NCBI GenBank assembly: GCA_963702845.1
Contig: OY969763.1
Coordinates: forward strand, 1,600,001-1,664,000
Direction: 5' to 3'
From: an uncultured Verrucomicrobiae bacterium
GTDB lineage: Bacteria; Verrucomicrobiota; Verrucomicrobiia; Limisphaerales; Palsa-1400
Length of the DNA stretch: 64,000 bases
Below the pieces are notes generated by a model, which saw only the letters and a program-made list of their open reading frames with translations, did no database searches and was not told where the DNA came from. Made by a program: the position numbers and the translations under genes. This document shows positions 38,852-49,193 of the stretch, piece after piece (within the stretch, counting starts at the first letter, position 1; the number at the start of each line of letters is the position of its first letter).

Positions 38852-39442
38852 GTGACAACCTTTTACCTCGTGCGTCACGGCACGAACGATTTCATCGGCA
38901 AAGCCATCGCTGGTCGCACGCCGGGCGTCCACTTGAACTCCGCAGGCCGCGAACAAGCCCAGCGCATCGCTGATCGCCTTTGCACCGAGGGTATCCAACG
39001 CATCATTTGCAGCCCTATGGAACGCTGCCGCGAAACAGCCATGCCGCTTTCCTCGCGCATCAACACCCCGATCGAAACGTCCGACGCCGTCATCGAAATC
39101 AACTTTGGCGATTACAACGGCAAACTGTTGAAAGAACTCGAACCTTTGCCCGAGTGGAAAAAGTGGAACACCAACCGCACGCTCATGCATCTTCCCAACG
39201 GCGAAAACATCCATGAAGTGCAGGCTCGCATGATTCGCGAAGTCCTTCGTCTGCGTCATGAATCTGCCGAACAAAAAATTGCGATCTTCAGCCACGGTGA
39301 CCCGCTGCGCTCCATCGTCTGCTATTTCCTCGGCATCTCGCTCGACATCATGTCGCGCGTCGAAATAAATCCCGGTTCTCTCAGCATCGTCACGCTGTTC
39401 GAGAACGATGTCCGAATCAATCTCCTCAACAGCATGCCGTAA
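38852..39442 (+). CDS. Histidine phosphatase (phosphoglycerate mutase) family protein
   Basis: LVRHG, SPMERCRETA, EINFGDY and FSHGD. Confidence 0.9.
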   Translation: MTTFYLVRHGTNDFIGKAIAGRTPGVHLNSAGREQAQRIADRLCTEGIQRIICSPMERCRETAMPLSSRINTPIETSDAVIEINFGDYNGKLLKELEPLPEWKKWNTNRTLMHLPNGENIHEVQARMIREVLRLRHESAEQKIAIFSHGDPLRSIVCYFLGISLDIMSRVEINPGSLSIVTLFENDVRINLLNSMP

Positions 39443-39468
39443 CGGTCCTCTGCCGGCCCAATCAAGCT

Positions 39469-40524
39469 CTATTGCGTCACCCGATAAAACCTCGTCGCCG
39501 TCCCCACCACGTCGCTGTAAGTTCCCAGTCCCGCCTTCGGCGTCACCACCGCTACATCCGTCCACGAATCCGCAAGATCCTGTTTCCGTTGGATGTGATA
39601 CGAATGGCCCGGTACCGCATTCCACGAAAAACTCACACTCCCGCTGCTCGCTGCATTCAACTGAATGATCGTCGGAGAAACCGTGAAGATCGTGTTCAAC
39701 AAATCTGCCAAGCGATGTCCGCCCTGCGCCAGCCGACTTTCCGCTGTCTGTTGTGCGCTGCTAATATAACTGCTCGAAGGCGTGTCCCCCTGATTTATCC
39801 CAATGTATGCAACCGTCCGCGCGAGATTCCATCCCTCAATTGCCCAGTCCGTCGGATTGGGAAATCCGCCGGGGCCCGCAGTATAAGGATAATCCGCTTC
39901 GATCACTGCCACCTTATTGCTCAACGTCGTTTTGCTGGAGGCACTCAATGGCCGGCCCAACGACGCCCCCACAAATCCACCGCCCGAATCCCATAGCGAA
40001 TGCAAATTACCCCCGTTACCCGTGATTACAAAGCCGTTGCCCCCTCCGTCGCCAGCGCTCGACCCGCCGGAAAGTTCCGTCGCGGCATGCAACGGCTGAT
40101 GGATGTCGCCGACAAAATGGAGCAAGTACCGCAAATAAATCGCCTGATTACTTTGCGTAGTCGACGGACTTGCCAGCTGCTGCACGCACAAATTAATCGC
40201 CTTCACCACATCAAACGAAGCCGGCGAAAATCCATTCGTCGGGGTGCCATCGAAACTGAATGGAATATCGATGTAGTGCCAAATTGCCGTGCCTAAATTC
40301 GCTTTGAAGTCATCTGCCCAACAGGCCGCCGTAATAAAATTCGTCGTGCCCGTATTTGTGTAACTTATCGGCACCGCAATCAACGCATCGCAGTTCGACT
40401 TCACCGAATCCGTCAGGTGACTATAAGCAATCTGCGCGACGACCATATGCCCCTCCGCATTCCAGGCACGAGAGCAGGGGACTAGGGCAAAAGCGGCAAA
40501 GATGACGGCACAAAAGTTTTTCAT
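39469..40524 (-). CDS. Secreted S1/P1 nuclease with a C-terminal accessory domain
   Basis: Signal peptide, WNAEGH, WADD, WHYID, HFVGDIHQPLH, GGN and NLHSLWDS. Confidence 0.92.
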   Translation of the reverse strand: MKNFCAVIFAAFALVPCSRAWNAEGHMVVAQIAYSHLTDSVKSNCDALIAVPISYTNTGTTNFITAACWADDFKANLGTAIWHYIDIPFSFDGTPTNGFSPASFDVVKAINLCVQQLASPSTTQSNQAIYLRYLLHFVGDIHQPLHAATELSGGSSAGDGGGNGFVITGNGGNLHSLWDSGGGFVGASLGRPLSASSKTTLSNKVAVIEADYPYTAGPGGFPNPTDWAIEGWNLARTVAYIGINQGDTPSSSYISSAQQTAESRLAQGGHRLADLLNTIFTVSPTIIQLNAASSGSVSFSWNAVPGHSYHIQRKQDLADSWTDVAVVTPKAGLGTYSDVVGTATRFYRVTQ

Positions 40525-40897
40525 TAATCAACGGGACCACCCAGGACGCAATCCCACTCTTTCTTATAGCAGCCTCCCGCCCTGCAATCAATTGACTAAC
40601 GTCATGTAAATGACAGCCGCCGGTATATCCGCTGGCTGGAAAACCAAGCAAATGTCGTCCTCCGGCACGCCGTGAATCAAAAATATCATCGGAATGTTTC
40701 TACTTCTGGCAACTTTCTTCTACTTCCGGCAATTAGTTGCCAAACGGAGAAAGTTAGTAGAAGGAAATGTTTCTACTTTTATCAAAGATCATCTCCGGTT
40801 TGCACTGCACCGGAAACCGGTAAGGACCGGCGGCTGAAGAGATTATACAGTGAAGCTGCGGCGTGTCAATATTATGTAGCAAACGCGTCACGAAACG

Positions 40898-41653
40898 TTA
40901 TCGCGCTGGTTGCTGGAGCGATTCCGCGAGACTTTCGAGGTTCACGGGCCTGACTTCGATAAGCCCTCGCCGTGGGCTGTCAATGTCCGCAATGAGAAAG
41001 AGGGCTATGGAAAGGACCGTGGGCAGAATCAGCAAAAGATAGGGGCTTCTTCCCTGCGCCGCATAACCCAACATCAGGTTGCAAAACATGGCGATCACCG
41101 CCATTAGAACCCAGGCTTCAGTTGGGACGCGATTCCGCCACGCGGCCTGGGTGTATCCTTGCGAGTTCAAGACATCGTTCATCCCGGATAGAACGAGCGC
41201 TCTGACAGGGTTCGGTTGTGCGATAGCAGGTGCAATGACGGCGGACCACATCTGCGTCTGCAAGGTGGCGGTTTGGACGTCAATATGGTGAAGCACTTTA
41301 CTGTCTCGCGATCCGTAATCGCTTATACGTTTCGCTAGATAGTCCTTCAGCAGTTTGCGAACATTCGCCGCGTCGGCAGCAGGCAACGCGTCCGCACGGA
41401 CATATTCGGTCCCGATGGCATTGGCTTCTTCTTCCTCGTAATTCTTACGTTGATCGTATCTCGCAACAGCCATCGAGAAGGTGAATCCGATGATTAAGCC
41501 CAGTAATGTCAGGGTCCCGCCGAGGAGGAATTTGAAATCTTCGCGGCTTTCGTCTTCCAGCATGCGCATTCTTGTCCTAAGTCGGTAGCCAATCAGTGAG
41601 GAAAGCCAAAAGGCGGCCAGCGCGACCACAAAAATGACAACTGGTTGTTTCAC
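40898..41653 (-). CDS. DUF4239-like membrane protein
   Basis: LLGLIIGFTFSMAVARYDQR..EEANAIGTEY and FLIADIDSPRRGLI. Confidence 0.8.
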   Translation of the reverse strand: MKQPVVIFVVALAAFWLSSLIGYRLRTRMRMLEDESREDFKFLLGGTLTLLGLIIGFTFSMAVARYDQRKNYEEEEANAIGTEYVRADALPAADAANVRKLLKDYLAKRISDYGSRDSKVLHHIDVQTATLQTQMWSAVIAPAIAQPNPVRALVLSGMNDVLNSQGYTQAAWRNRVPTEAWVLMAVIAMFCNLMLGYAAQGRSPYLLLILPTVLSIALFLIADIDSPRRGLIEVRPVNLESLAESLQQPAR

Positions 41654-41804
41654 TGAGTCAACAAGAGTGCGAATAAAACTAGGTCACGGTTTGACGTTTG
41701 GCAAACCGCTCGCCGAACCGGGAGACTGCTGCAAACAGTGCGCAAACAACGGGATTGAAAACGTCCGCTGCTCATATAATAATTACCGTTAATAGCCCCA
41801 ATCA

Positions 41805-42533
41805 ATGAACATCGAGGACTCGCGACTGGTGAAGATGGCCGCTACCGCCGGCTCAAGAACAGATTTCTGGATCCAATGGCTGCCCGACGCAAACGTTCGG
41901 GTCATGCTTGAAATCGGCGTATGGAAGGGAGACTACGCTAAAGAAATCCTCCAACGCTGTGAATTTATTGATCGTTATTACATGATTGACCCATGGGCCA
42001 ATCTTGCGGACTGGAACAAACCCCTTAACGTGAAACAGCAGGTGTTCGATGACGTTCATGCCGAGGCAATGGAGAAAACGGCGTTCGCGGCCCAAAAGCG
42101 TCTGGTGCTGCGAGGCAGAACCAAGGATGTGATCGACGAAATTCCCGACGGATCGCTGGACTTTGCCTATATTGATGGCGATCACACCTTGCGCGGGATA
42201 ACGATCGATTTAATTCAAGTCCTGCCCAAAATAAAGGTGGGCGGCTTCATCGGCGGCGACGACTTCTGCAGTTCCCCATGGCAGCACGATGTGCGGTTCG
42301 AGCCAACATTGGTGTGTCCGTTCAGTATTTATTTCGCGGAGGCCATGGCGTTGCCCATCGTGGCTTTGCCGTTTGATCAGTTTCTCATCCAAAAACGAAG
42401 CGACGTCTCCTTTTCGTTCACGGACCCAACTGCAAAGTATGCCGACCTTTCTCTCAATAGACTGGCCATTCCGGAGGAAAAGAATGGCATGATCCACCGG
42501 GCAAAACGGAAGATAGCAAAGCTTGTCGGATAG
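41805..42533 (+). CDS. Class I SAM-dependent methyltransferase (Methyltransf_24-like)
   Basis: LEIGVWKG, IDPW, LDFAYIDGDH and GGFIGGDD. Confidence 0.85.
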   Translation: MNIEDSRLVKMAATAGSRTDFWIQWLPDANVRVMLEIGVWKGDYAKEILQRCEFIDRYYMIDPWANLADWNKPLNVKQQVFDDVHAEAMEKTAFAAQKRLVLRGRTKDVIDEIPDGSLDFAYIDGDHTLRGITIDLIQVLPKIKVGGFIGGDDFCSSPWQHDVRFEPTLVCPFSIYFAEAMALPIVALPFDQFLIQKRSDVSFSFTDPTAKYADLSLNRLAIPEEKNGMIHRAKRKIAKLVG

Positions 42534-42554
42534 TCGCTGATTTCGGTCCACCGA

Positions 42555-43454
42555 TTAAGAACGTATCCTTACGTAGGTAAGGTAGGAGTAGGAGAATGCG
42601 CCGTAGCGGGTTGGCCCGGAAACATCGGGGAATATTTCGTGTTGTTGAATGACTTTTCGCGCCGCTTCGGCTTCAGCGCGGTCAAACTTATAGCTCATTT
42701 CCTTCTTGTGCCAACGCCACTTAATTTCGGGTAGATCGAGCCCGATGCCGCTGTTGAGCATGTTAGCGGTGGGAAAGCCGGGCATGCCATAGGAGTAAAG
42801 TTTATGAACGGCGGGATTGTCGTCGAAAATAACGTGTTTAAAGCCCTTGGCTTTTGCTTCGAGAAGGCGGCGCGCGTGGTTGAAGTGACAATCAAAATAG
42901 ACGAACGATTTGTCCGGGTTGATTTTTCCAAGATCAAAACTCGACCAATCGTGCTCATGAAATTCCGCCCGGCCGCCTTTGTATTCGAGACATGCGAGAC
43001 TGATGTCAAAGCCGTGAATCTTCGCAGTGGGACAGATTTGTCCGAGCATGTGCGTGGTGTGACCTTTCCAGACGCCGCTCTCGACGATTAATTCGGGCTG
43101 GAGCGCTTTGGTGAAAAGATAAATCCAAAAGGTGTTGTGAAAGCCGCTGCCGCCGACGTTGTTTTCGTGATCGCGAGCGGAATACATCGTCAGGAACGAT
43201 TCGGCTTCGCGTTGAAAATTGAAGTCCTTCGGGGCGATGTTCGCCAGGTGTTGCGAAAAAAAGGTGCGCGCAATTTCCGCGAGTTCGTCCGTCAGCATTT
43301 TTCGCAGGGCCGGATTATCCATGTAGCAGGTCGAAGGATCGCGACGTTCTGAATTGGCGACCGACGGTGCAGGAAAATTGCCGAGTCTTGTGATCTGCGC
43401 GCCAAAAGGGCGAAGGAGCGAATTAGCAGTGTGAACAAGGGTGCGCTTGAACAT
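42555..43454 (-). CDS. Hypothetical protein with methyltransferase-like motifs
   Basis: IVESGVWKGHTT, HGFDI, YFDCH and IFDDN. Confidence 0.7.
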   Translation of the reverse strand: MFKRTLVHTANSLLRPFGAQITRLGNFPAPSVANSERRDPSTCYMDNPALRKMLTDELAEIARTFFSQHLANIAPKDFNFQREAESFLTMYSARDHENNVGGSGFHNTFWIYLFTKALQPELIVESGVWKGHTTHMLGQICPTAKIHGFDISLACLEYKGGRAEFHEHDWSSFDLGKINPDKSFVYFDCHFNHARRLLEAKAKGFKHVIFDDNPAVHKLYSYGMPGFPTANMLNSGIGLDLPEIKWRWHKKEMSYKFDRAEAEAARKVIQQHEIFPDVSGPTRYGAFSYSYLTYVRIRS

Positions 43455-43576
43455 AGATTTGATGATTAACGCTGGTTGCGGTGCGAATGGCGGACAGTTT
43501 CGTTTGCGCGAAGTCTCTAGTCAACTTTGAATGTCAAAACTGGGTTCCATGAGCGTTTGCTCGACCCGGCCCGCCG

Positions 43577-44362
43577 CTAAATATAACCAAGGCGCTTCAT
43601 GGCCGCGCCTTGCGCCTTCATGAACTGCCCGCTCAGTTCTTTATCAAAATATTCGTCGTAATTCGTTCCGCCCTCACGCACGAACAACTGATTTTTCTCC
43701 TTTGGTTGAATGCCGCGCCGCGGTTGTTCAACGTCCAGTTTCGACATGCTTTCGAATTTTGAAGCGTCCACCGCAAATTTTATCCGGGCCAGATCGACTT
43801 CAATTTTTGCGAACACACAAATCTTGATCAACTCGCCCACCGGATTCGTTTTCAGATCCTCGTAGCGCACAAAAAGAAAACGTGCCGGCCCCTTATCCAG
43901 CCACGAATCGACGTGCGTTCCCCATTTGCCGAACTCCACCTCACCACCATTGAATTTGCGCAGGAATTCACCAAACGTGCACGACTCCGGGATCAGCTTC
44001 ATGCGACGGTGGAAATGAAAATAGGAAACCGCGACATCCTTTCCGTTGCGCACCAGGCAGATGACATTTTTAAATTCCGGACAAAATGGTAGATGGCTTT
44101 TAATGATGCGCGGGCGCGACGTGATCTTCCCGATTTCCTCCGCCTGATAGTGCATATCCGGCATGAACGAAGAGACGTTTAGAAAATCGATTTTTCCGCC
44201 GCTCAAATAATTCCCGATCAGAAAACGCATCCACGTGTTCCCGGATCGCGGATACGAAACCAGAAAAATATCGTCTTCCAGCATCGCGAACGGAACTTTT
44301 GCCCCTTTTGCCGTAATGGGCTGTTCAGATCCTTTAAATAATTTCGACACGGCAAGTTTCAT
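43577..44362 (-). CDS. Sulfotransferase domain protein
   Basis: VSYPRSGNTW (5'-PSB loop), IIKSH, VRNGKDVAVS and RYEDL. Confidence 0.92.
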   Translation of the reverse strand: MKLAVSKLFKGSEQPITAKGAKVPFAMLEDDIFLVSYPRSGNTWMRFLIGNYLSGGKIDFLNVSSFMPDMHYQAEEIGKITSRPRIIKSHLPFCPEFKNVICLVRNGKDVAVSYFHFHRRMKLIPESCTFGEFLRKFNGGEVEFGKWGTHVDSWLDKGPARFLFVRYEDLKTNPVGELIKICVFAKIEVDLARIKFAVDASKFESMSKLDVEQPRRGIQPKEKNQLFVREGGTNYDEYFDKELSGQFMKAQGAAMKRLGYI

Positions 44363-44693
44363 AATTCGGTGTGACGGCGTCTGCGCTGGCTATAATTTGT
44401 ATATATTCACATCGACGTATCCGCAGGAAAAGTTTTTTCTGTTTGGCCTCCGCAACTCTGTGGTTTCCGATCCGATCCCTAAAGTTCGCCCTCCATCACG
44501 GCGGATTCTTTGTGGACGTCCAGGCCATTGTGGTCGACGGTTTTCTTAAGGCGCGACAAGTGCCTCACATATTGCGGACGGGCCGGCACACGCCGAAAAC
44601 CCACGCTAAACCGGGATCAAATACCTTTTGATTTTTTCGTTCGGCCACAGGGCTTGGGCGTAGCTCACGTCTCGAACTAATTCTGACCAAATC

Positions 44694-45179
44694 ATGAATG
44701 ACTGGGATATTCTCGAAACGATTCGCAGCGAAATACACGCTGAACACAACTTTCTCTCCCATCGGATGGCGTGGTATGCCGCCTCGCAGTCCTTTCTGAT
44801 GACTGCATACGCTATTGCCTGGGGCACGGACCATGCAATAGCTTGGCCGCTATTCTTTCAACACGGCATTCCACTTCTTGGGGTCTTACTCAGCATCGGG
44901 ACTTGGCTAGGGATATTCTCCGCTGTTCGAGTCCAGAACAATGTGATTGGCGAGCAGGCTGATTTTATCGAGGAGATGGGAAAGTGTTTTGAGGACGCAA
45001 AGGACACGGCCGCCATCAAGAGACTGGAGCGATACCAGAAGTTTACCTGCTCAGGCCGGGAGGGCGGAAGCGCTTATCATTGGATGGCTATGGTTCCGCC
45101 ATGCGTCATCCCATTTATCTTTGTTGCCACCTGGTTGACTGCGTGGCTCATCAGCATCCTCCACCGGGGACCTGTTTGA
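44694..45179 (+). CDS. Small membrane protein (three hydrophobic segments), function unknown
   Basis: EHNFLSHRMAWYAASQSFLMTAY followed by two further TM-like helices. Confidence 0.7.
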   Translation: MNDWDILETIRSEIHAEHNFLSHRMAWYAASQSFLMTAYAIAWGTDHAIAWPLFFQHGIPLLGVLLSIGTWLGIFSAVRVQNNVIGEQADFIEEMGKCFEDAKDTAAIKRLERYQKFTCSGREGGSAYHWMAMVPPCVIPFIFVATWLTAWLISILHRGPV

Positions 45180-45810
45180 AATTATGAATTAAAAACGAAG
45201 CGAGATAATGAGCATAATCCAAAAAGCGGGGGGAGTCGCTCAGTCAAGGAATGCAGAGGGCAGCGCGGTGCTTCCCGGGGTTAAAAAGGAAAACAAAGTT
45301 TCACATTCTGTTCCCCGTAGCTTTAGTGAAGGTGAAATCACGAAGCGGCGACGAAGGAGTTAAATGTTAGATGTCAGAGATTTCCGCTCTTTCCGTTATC
45401 TCCAATAAAATCTCGAGCTCAGCGGAACCTATCGGATGTTCCTTTAGAAGGCCCTGAACGCCGTTTCGCTGCAGCGTGGCGGGCGGTACGCTAACCCGCA
45501 AATTTTGGACAGTCATAAATGAAAAGCGCATGGTTTCTTTTCGCCGCCGGTTTTCGATGATGACGAACATGCACGCTTGACTGTTGGGTTTTCTCTGAAG
45601 TTTGGTGTGCGAGCTCGACGTTCGGGTTGAAATTTGAATTTTCTCCACCTGCATCCAAGCCTCATTGCAGGTGTATTTTAATCGTGCCGGAAATACGTTG
45701 AACTACGCCGAAATACACCTAACTACACCTTTAACAAAAAAGATAATTCGGGGCAGCGACCGCTTGAAATTTCTCGCGCAAACCCCCTCACATCCGTTAA
45801 ACGAATACTC

Positions 45811-47226
45811 ATGCACCGCCTGTTCAAGACAGCTCGAAACCTCGTTTGCGCGATCTTACTGCTGCTGCCGCTGCTCGCGACCGCCGCCGAGCGCCCGAAC
45901 ATTCTCTATTGCCTGGCTGATGATTGGTCGTATCCGCATGCAGGTGTTTACGGTGACAAAGTCATTCACACACCGAATTTCGACCGCATCGCACACGAAG
46001 GCGCGCTCTTCACCCACGCGTTTTCCTCCGCGCCAAGCTGCACGCCATCGCGCGCCGCCATGCTGACTGGCCGGCCGGTCCACCAACTTCGCGAAGGCGC
46101 GAACCTCTATGGCTTTCTGCCCAAACAGTTCCAGGTCTATCCCAACATCCTCGAACGGGCCGGTTACGTCGTCGGTTTCACTGGCAAAGGCTGGGCGCCG
46201 GGCAACAATGAAGCCTCAAATCGGACACGCAATCCGGCCGGGCCGCACTTTGGCAACTTCGAGGGCTTCCTGAAAACCGTTCCAAAAGACAAACCATTCT
46301 GCTTTTGGTTCGGCAGCCATTACCCGCATCGCCCGTACAAAAAAGGCCAGGGCCTCGCCGCGGGACTAAAACTTGAAGATGTCAAAGTCCCGCCGTTCTG
46401 GCCTGACACAAAGGAAACCCGCAGCGACATTCTCGATTACTACGAAGCGTCCCAGCAATTCGACCGTCAGGTTGGCGAATGTTTGGCGCTCTTGGAAAAA
46501 AATGGCTTCGCGAAAAACACCGTCATCGTTATCAGCGGCGACAACGGCTGGCCCTTTCCACGCGGCAAAGCAAATCTTCACGATGCCGGCACGCGTCAAC
46601 CGCTCGCTGTGCGCTGGCCCGGCGTCGTCAAACCCGGCCAAACCATCGATGCACTCGTCAACCTCTACGATCTCGCGCCGACATTTGTGGACATCGCCGG
46701 CATACAACCGTTCTCCTTCATGACTGGCCAAAGCTGGGTGCCGTTGCTCAAAGGTCAACCACAGACCGGACGTACCTACGTTTATCTCGAGCGCGAACGC
46801 CACGCGAACTGCCGCAAAGGCGATCTCAGCTATCCCGCTCGCGCCATTCGCAATGATTCTTACCTCTACATCCAAAACCTGCGTCCTGAACGCTGGCCCG
46901 CTGGTGATCCGGAAAAGTATGTTGCCGTCGGTCCATACGGCGATTGTGATGACGGCCCAACCAAGCACGAAATCATCGACAATCACACCGAACCATTCTT
47001 CCAGTTGGCTTTTGCTAAACGACCCGGTGAAGAACTCTACGATTTAAAGAAGGATCCCGATCAACTCACGAACGTTGCCGATCGCGCTGAATACGCCAAA
47101 GCGAAAAAAGAAATGCGCGTGAACCTGATAAACTGGATGAGCAAGACCGATGACCCGCGTTACGATCACGACGACGATCATTGGGATAAATACGAATATT
47201 TCGGTGGCGGGCCCAAGTCGAAGTAG
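45811..47226 (+). CDS. Secreted formylglycine-dependent sulfatase
   Basis: RPNIL..LADD, CTPSRAAMLTG, PHRPY, GDNG and ELYDLKKDP. Confidence 0.94.
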   Translation: MHRLFKTARNLVCAILLLLPLLATAAERPNILYCLADDWSYPHAGVYGDKVIHTPNFDRIAHEGALFTHAFSSAPSCTPSRAAMLTGRPVHQLREGANLYGFLPKQFQVYPNILERAGYVVGFTGKGWAPGNNEASNRTRNPAGPHFGNFEGFLKTVPKDKPFCFWFGSHYPHRPYKKGQGLAAGLKLEDVKVPPFWPDTKETRSDILDYYEASQQFDRQVGECLALLEKNGFAKNTVIVISGDNGWPFPRGKANLHDAGTRQPLAVRWPGVVKPGQTIDALVNLYDLAPTFVDIAGIQPFSFMTGQSWVPLLKGQPQTGRTYVYLERERHANCRKGDLSYPARAIRNDSYLYIQNLRPERWPAGDPEKYVAVGPYGDCDDGPTKHEIIDNHTEPFFQLAFAKRPGEELYDLKKDPDQLTNVADRAEYAKAKKEMRVNLINWMSKTDDPRYDHDDDHWDKYEYFGGGPKSK

Positions 47227-47229
47227 CGT

Positions 47230-48522
47230 TTATTCGCCCTTCGCCAGTTCCGGCAGGAACCACGAAACGACCGCAGCCACGGCGAACAATCCGCCGATGG
47301 CGAGCAGCGCGATTCGGAAATCACCAACGGGCGAATAAAGCCCGAACACTACGGTTCCGATACCGGCAGCAATGCGGCCGATGTTGTAGCAAAACCCGGC
47401 TCCAGTCGTGCGCAGCAGAGTAGGGAAGAGCGGTGGCATGTACATTGTAAACAGCCCGAACATGCCCGAGCAGAATCCGATGATTGGTAGATAAATTTGC
47501 AGTTCCTCCGGCCCGCGCGGAATCCGAAACGCCTGCCAGAACGCGAACACAAACGCGATGCACGATAAAAAAATCGTTCGTCGATAACCGATAAATGTCG
47601 CGATCCACGACGAAAAATAATTTCCAAATATCGAGATCCCAACGACGAGGAAGAATATCTTCGAAATAAACTGCTGCTTCTCCAGCGCGCTCCAGTTCGC
47701 CAGTTGCGGCAGATTGCGCAGGTGTTGCGGATGCCAAAACATGAACGCCCACCAACCGGTCAACGTGAACGAGCACACCGCGATCGTCAGCAACGTCGTC
47801 TTGAGAATCTCTCCTTTGAACAGCTCGCGCACTTTTGGCTTATGCTGTGCCTTCAGATTCGCTTCACGCCATTCATCGGGTTCCGGAACATTGCGGCGAA
47901 TCCAAAACACGATCAGCGCGGGCAACACGCCAATCAGAAATACATAACGCTCTGGCTGGCCCGCGAGTTTATAGACCACATAACACGCGCATAGAATGCC
48001 AACATTCACACCGGTCTGCAAAACCGCTGCAATCCAAGGGCGCCACTGTTTCGGCCACGTTTCAGAAAGCAAGCTCGCGCCGACCGCCCATTCACCGCCG
48101 ATACCGAGAGCCGACACAAAACGGAAAATCAACAACTGCCACCAGGTGTGCGCAAAAAACGAGACGCCCGTAAAGACCGCATAAGTTAATATCGTGAGAC
48201 TCAGCGCACGGCTGCGTCCCAGTTTATCTCCGAGTCGTCCAAAGAATCCGCCACCGAGGGCCCATCCAATCAAAAATGCCGCCTGAATCCAGGCGCTATA
48301 TTTCTTCACCAACGGATCGGCTGTGCTCTCCACATTGATTAAGTGCGCCACAAACGGGGCCGCAACCAACGTGTAGAGATGCATGTCCAGGCCATCGAAG
48401 AACCATCCCAGCCAAGCCGCGATTCCCGATTTCCATTGTCGTGACGAAAGCCCTCCAACACCTGTTGGCGCGATCGCGATATCGCGAGACGTCACCGCAG
48501 CGGGTTGTTCGGATGAGGGCAT
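47230..48522 (-). CDS. MFS transporter
   Basis: GWFFDGLD, GRLGDKLGR, GIGGEW, ETWP and FPTLLRTTGAG..YNIGR. Confidence 0.92.
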   Translation of the reverse strand: MPSSEQPAAVTSRDIAIAPTGVGGLSSRQWKSGIAAWLGWFFDGLDMHLYTLVAAPFVAHLINVESTADPLVKKYSAWIQAAFLIGWALGGGFFGRLGDKLGRSRALSLTILTYAVFTGVSFFAHTWWQLLIFRFVSALGIGGEWAVGASLLSETWPKQWRPWIAAVLQTGVNVGILCACYVVYKLAGQPERYVFLIGVLPALIVFWIRRNVPEPDEWREANLKAQHKPKVRELFKGEILKTTLLTIAVCSFTLTGWWAFMFWHPQHLRNLPQLANWSALEKQQFISKIFFLVVGISIFGNYFSSWIATFIGYRRTIFLSCIAFVFAFWQAFRIPRGPEELQIYLPIIGFCSGMFGLFTMYMPPLFPTLLRTTGAGFCYNIGRIAAGIGTVVFGLYSPVGDFRIALLAIGGLFAVAAVVSWFLPELAKGE

Positions 48523-48560
48523 GCGCGCGCAGTTTAAACAGGCAATCGCCGCAGCGGAAT

Positions 48561-48590
48561 AAAAAAGAGCCCCGGACTAAGCCGGGGCTT
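48561..48590 (-). terminator. Intrinsic terminator of the upstream minus-strand gene
   Basis: AGCCCCGG-N6-CCGGGGCT hairpin followed by a T6 tract on the minus strand. Confidence 0.75.
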
Positions 48591-48617
48591 GTTTCACAAC
48601 TCAACTATGCAACCAAC

Positions 48618-48956
48618 TTACCTGCGGTAGTAGCCGTGTTCGTATCCATGACCGTAATAACCGCGGCCGGCATACGCATACCGATGGGGATAGTAGTATT
48701 GCGGCGCGACATACACGCGGGCGGGAGGGCATGTCGGAGCCACGACCACCGACGGGTAGGCGGGCTGATAAACCACTTGGGGGGCTGGTGCGCAATAGTC
48801 AGACTGCGCGTAGACCACCGGCGCTGGATGGGACACGACCACCGTTGGCACTGGGATCGGCAAGGGAAGACCGAACCCAAAACCGACGTGCACTCCTGCA
48901 TGCGCGGCGGAAGCGGCTCCGATTAGAATTGCTGACAGTAAGAATAATTTTTTCAT
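48618..48956 (-). CDS. Small secreted Pro/Tyr-rich protein
   Basis: MKKLFLLSAILIGAASAAHA signal peptide, then PVVYA/PxVY repeats and a Gly/Tyr/His/Arg tail. Confidence 0.8.
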   Translation of the reverse strand: MKKLFLLSAILIGAASAAHAGVHVGFGFGLPLPIPVPTVVVSHPAPVVYAQSDYCAPAPQVVYQPAYPSVVVAPTCPPARVYVAPQYYYPHRYAYAGRGYYGHGYEHGYYRR

Positions 48957-49193
48957 ACAACCTTTCGACGACAGTATAGGCGATTTATTGAGCAAAAATG
49001 CGATTTTTTGAGCGTTTTTCTTTGAATAAATCGGAGGCTAAAGAGTCTGACATCGCCGCAGATACTTAAGGCAGGCTTATGGGTGTTTGTATCTTAGACT
49101 CCGGGTCGCAACCCAAATTAGACGGACGAAAATGGATTGGTGTTAATTGGCATTTGTAACTTTCTGCGCATCTGAGGTATCTATCAGCGCGAA

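Noticed and set aside
38771..39625. 284-aa minus-strand ORF
   Set aside because: Antisense to the histidine phosphatase gene.
45367..45654. 95-aa ORF in the intergenic region
   Set aside because: No motif, RBS or context support.
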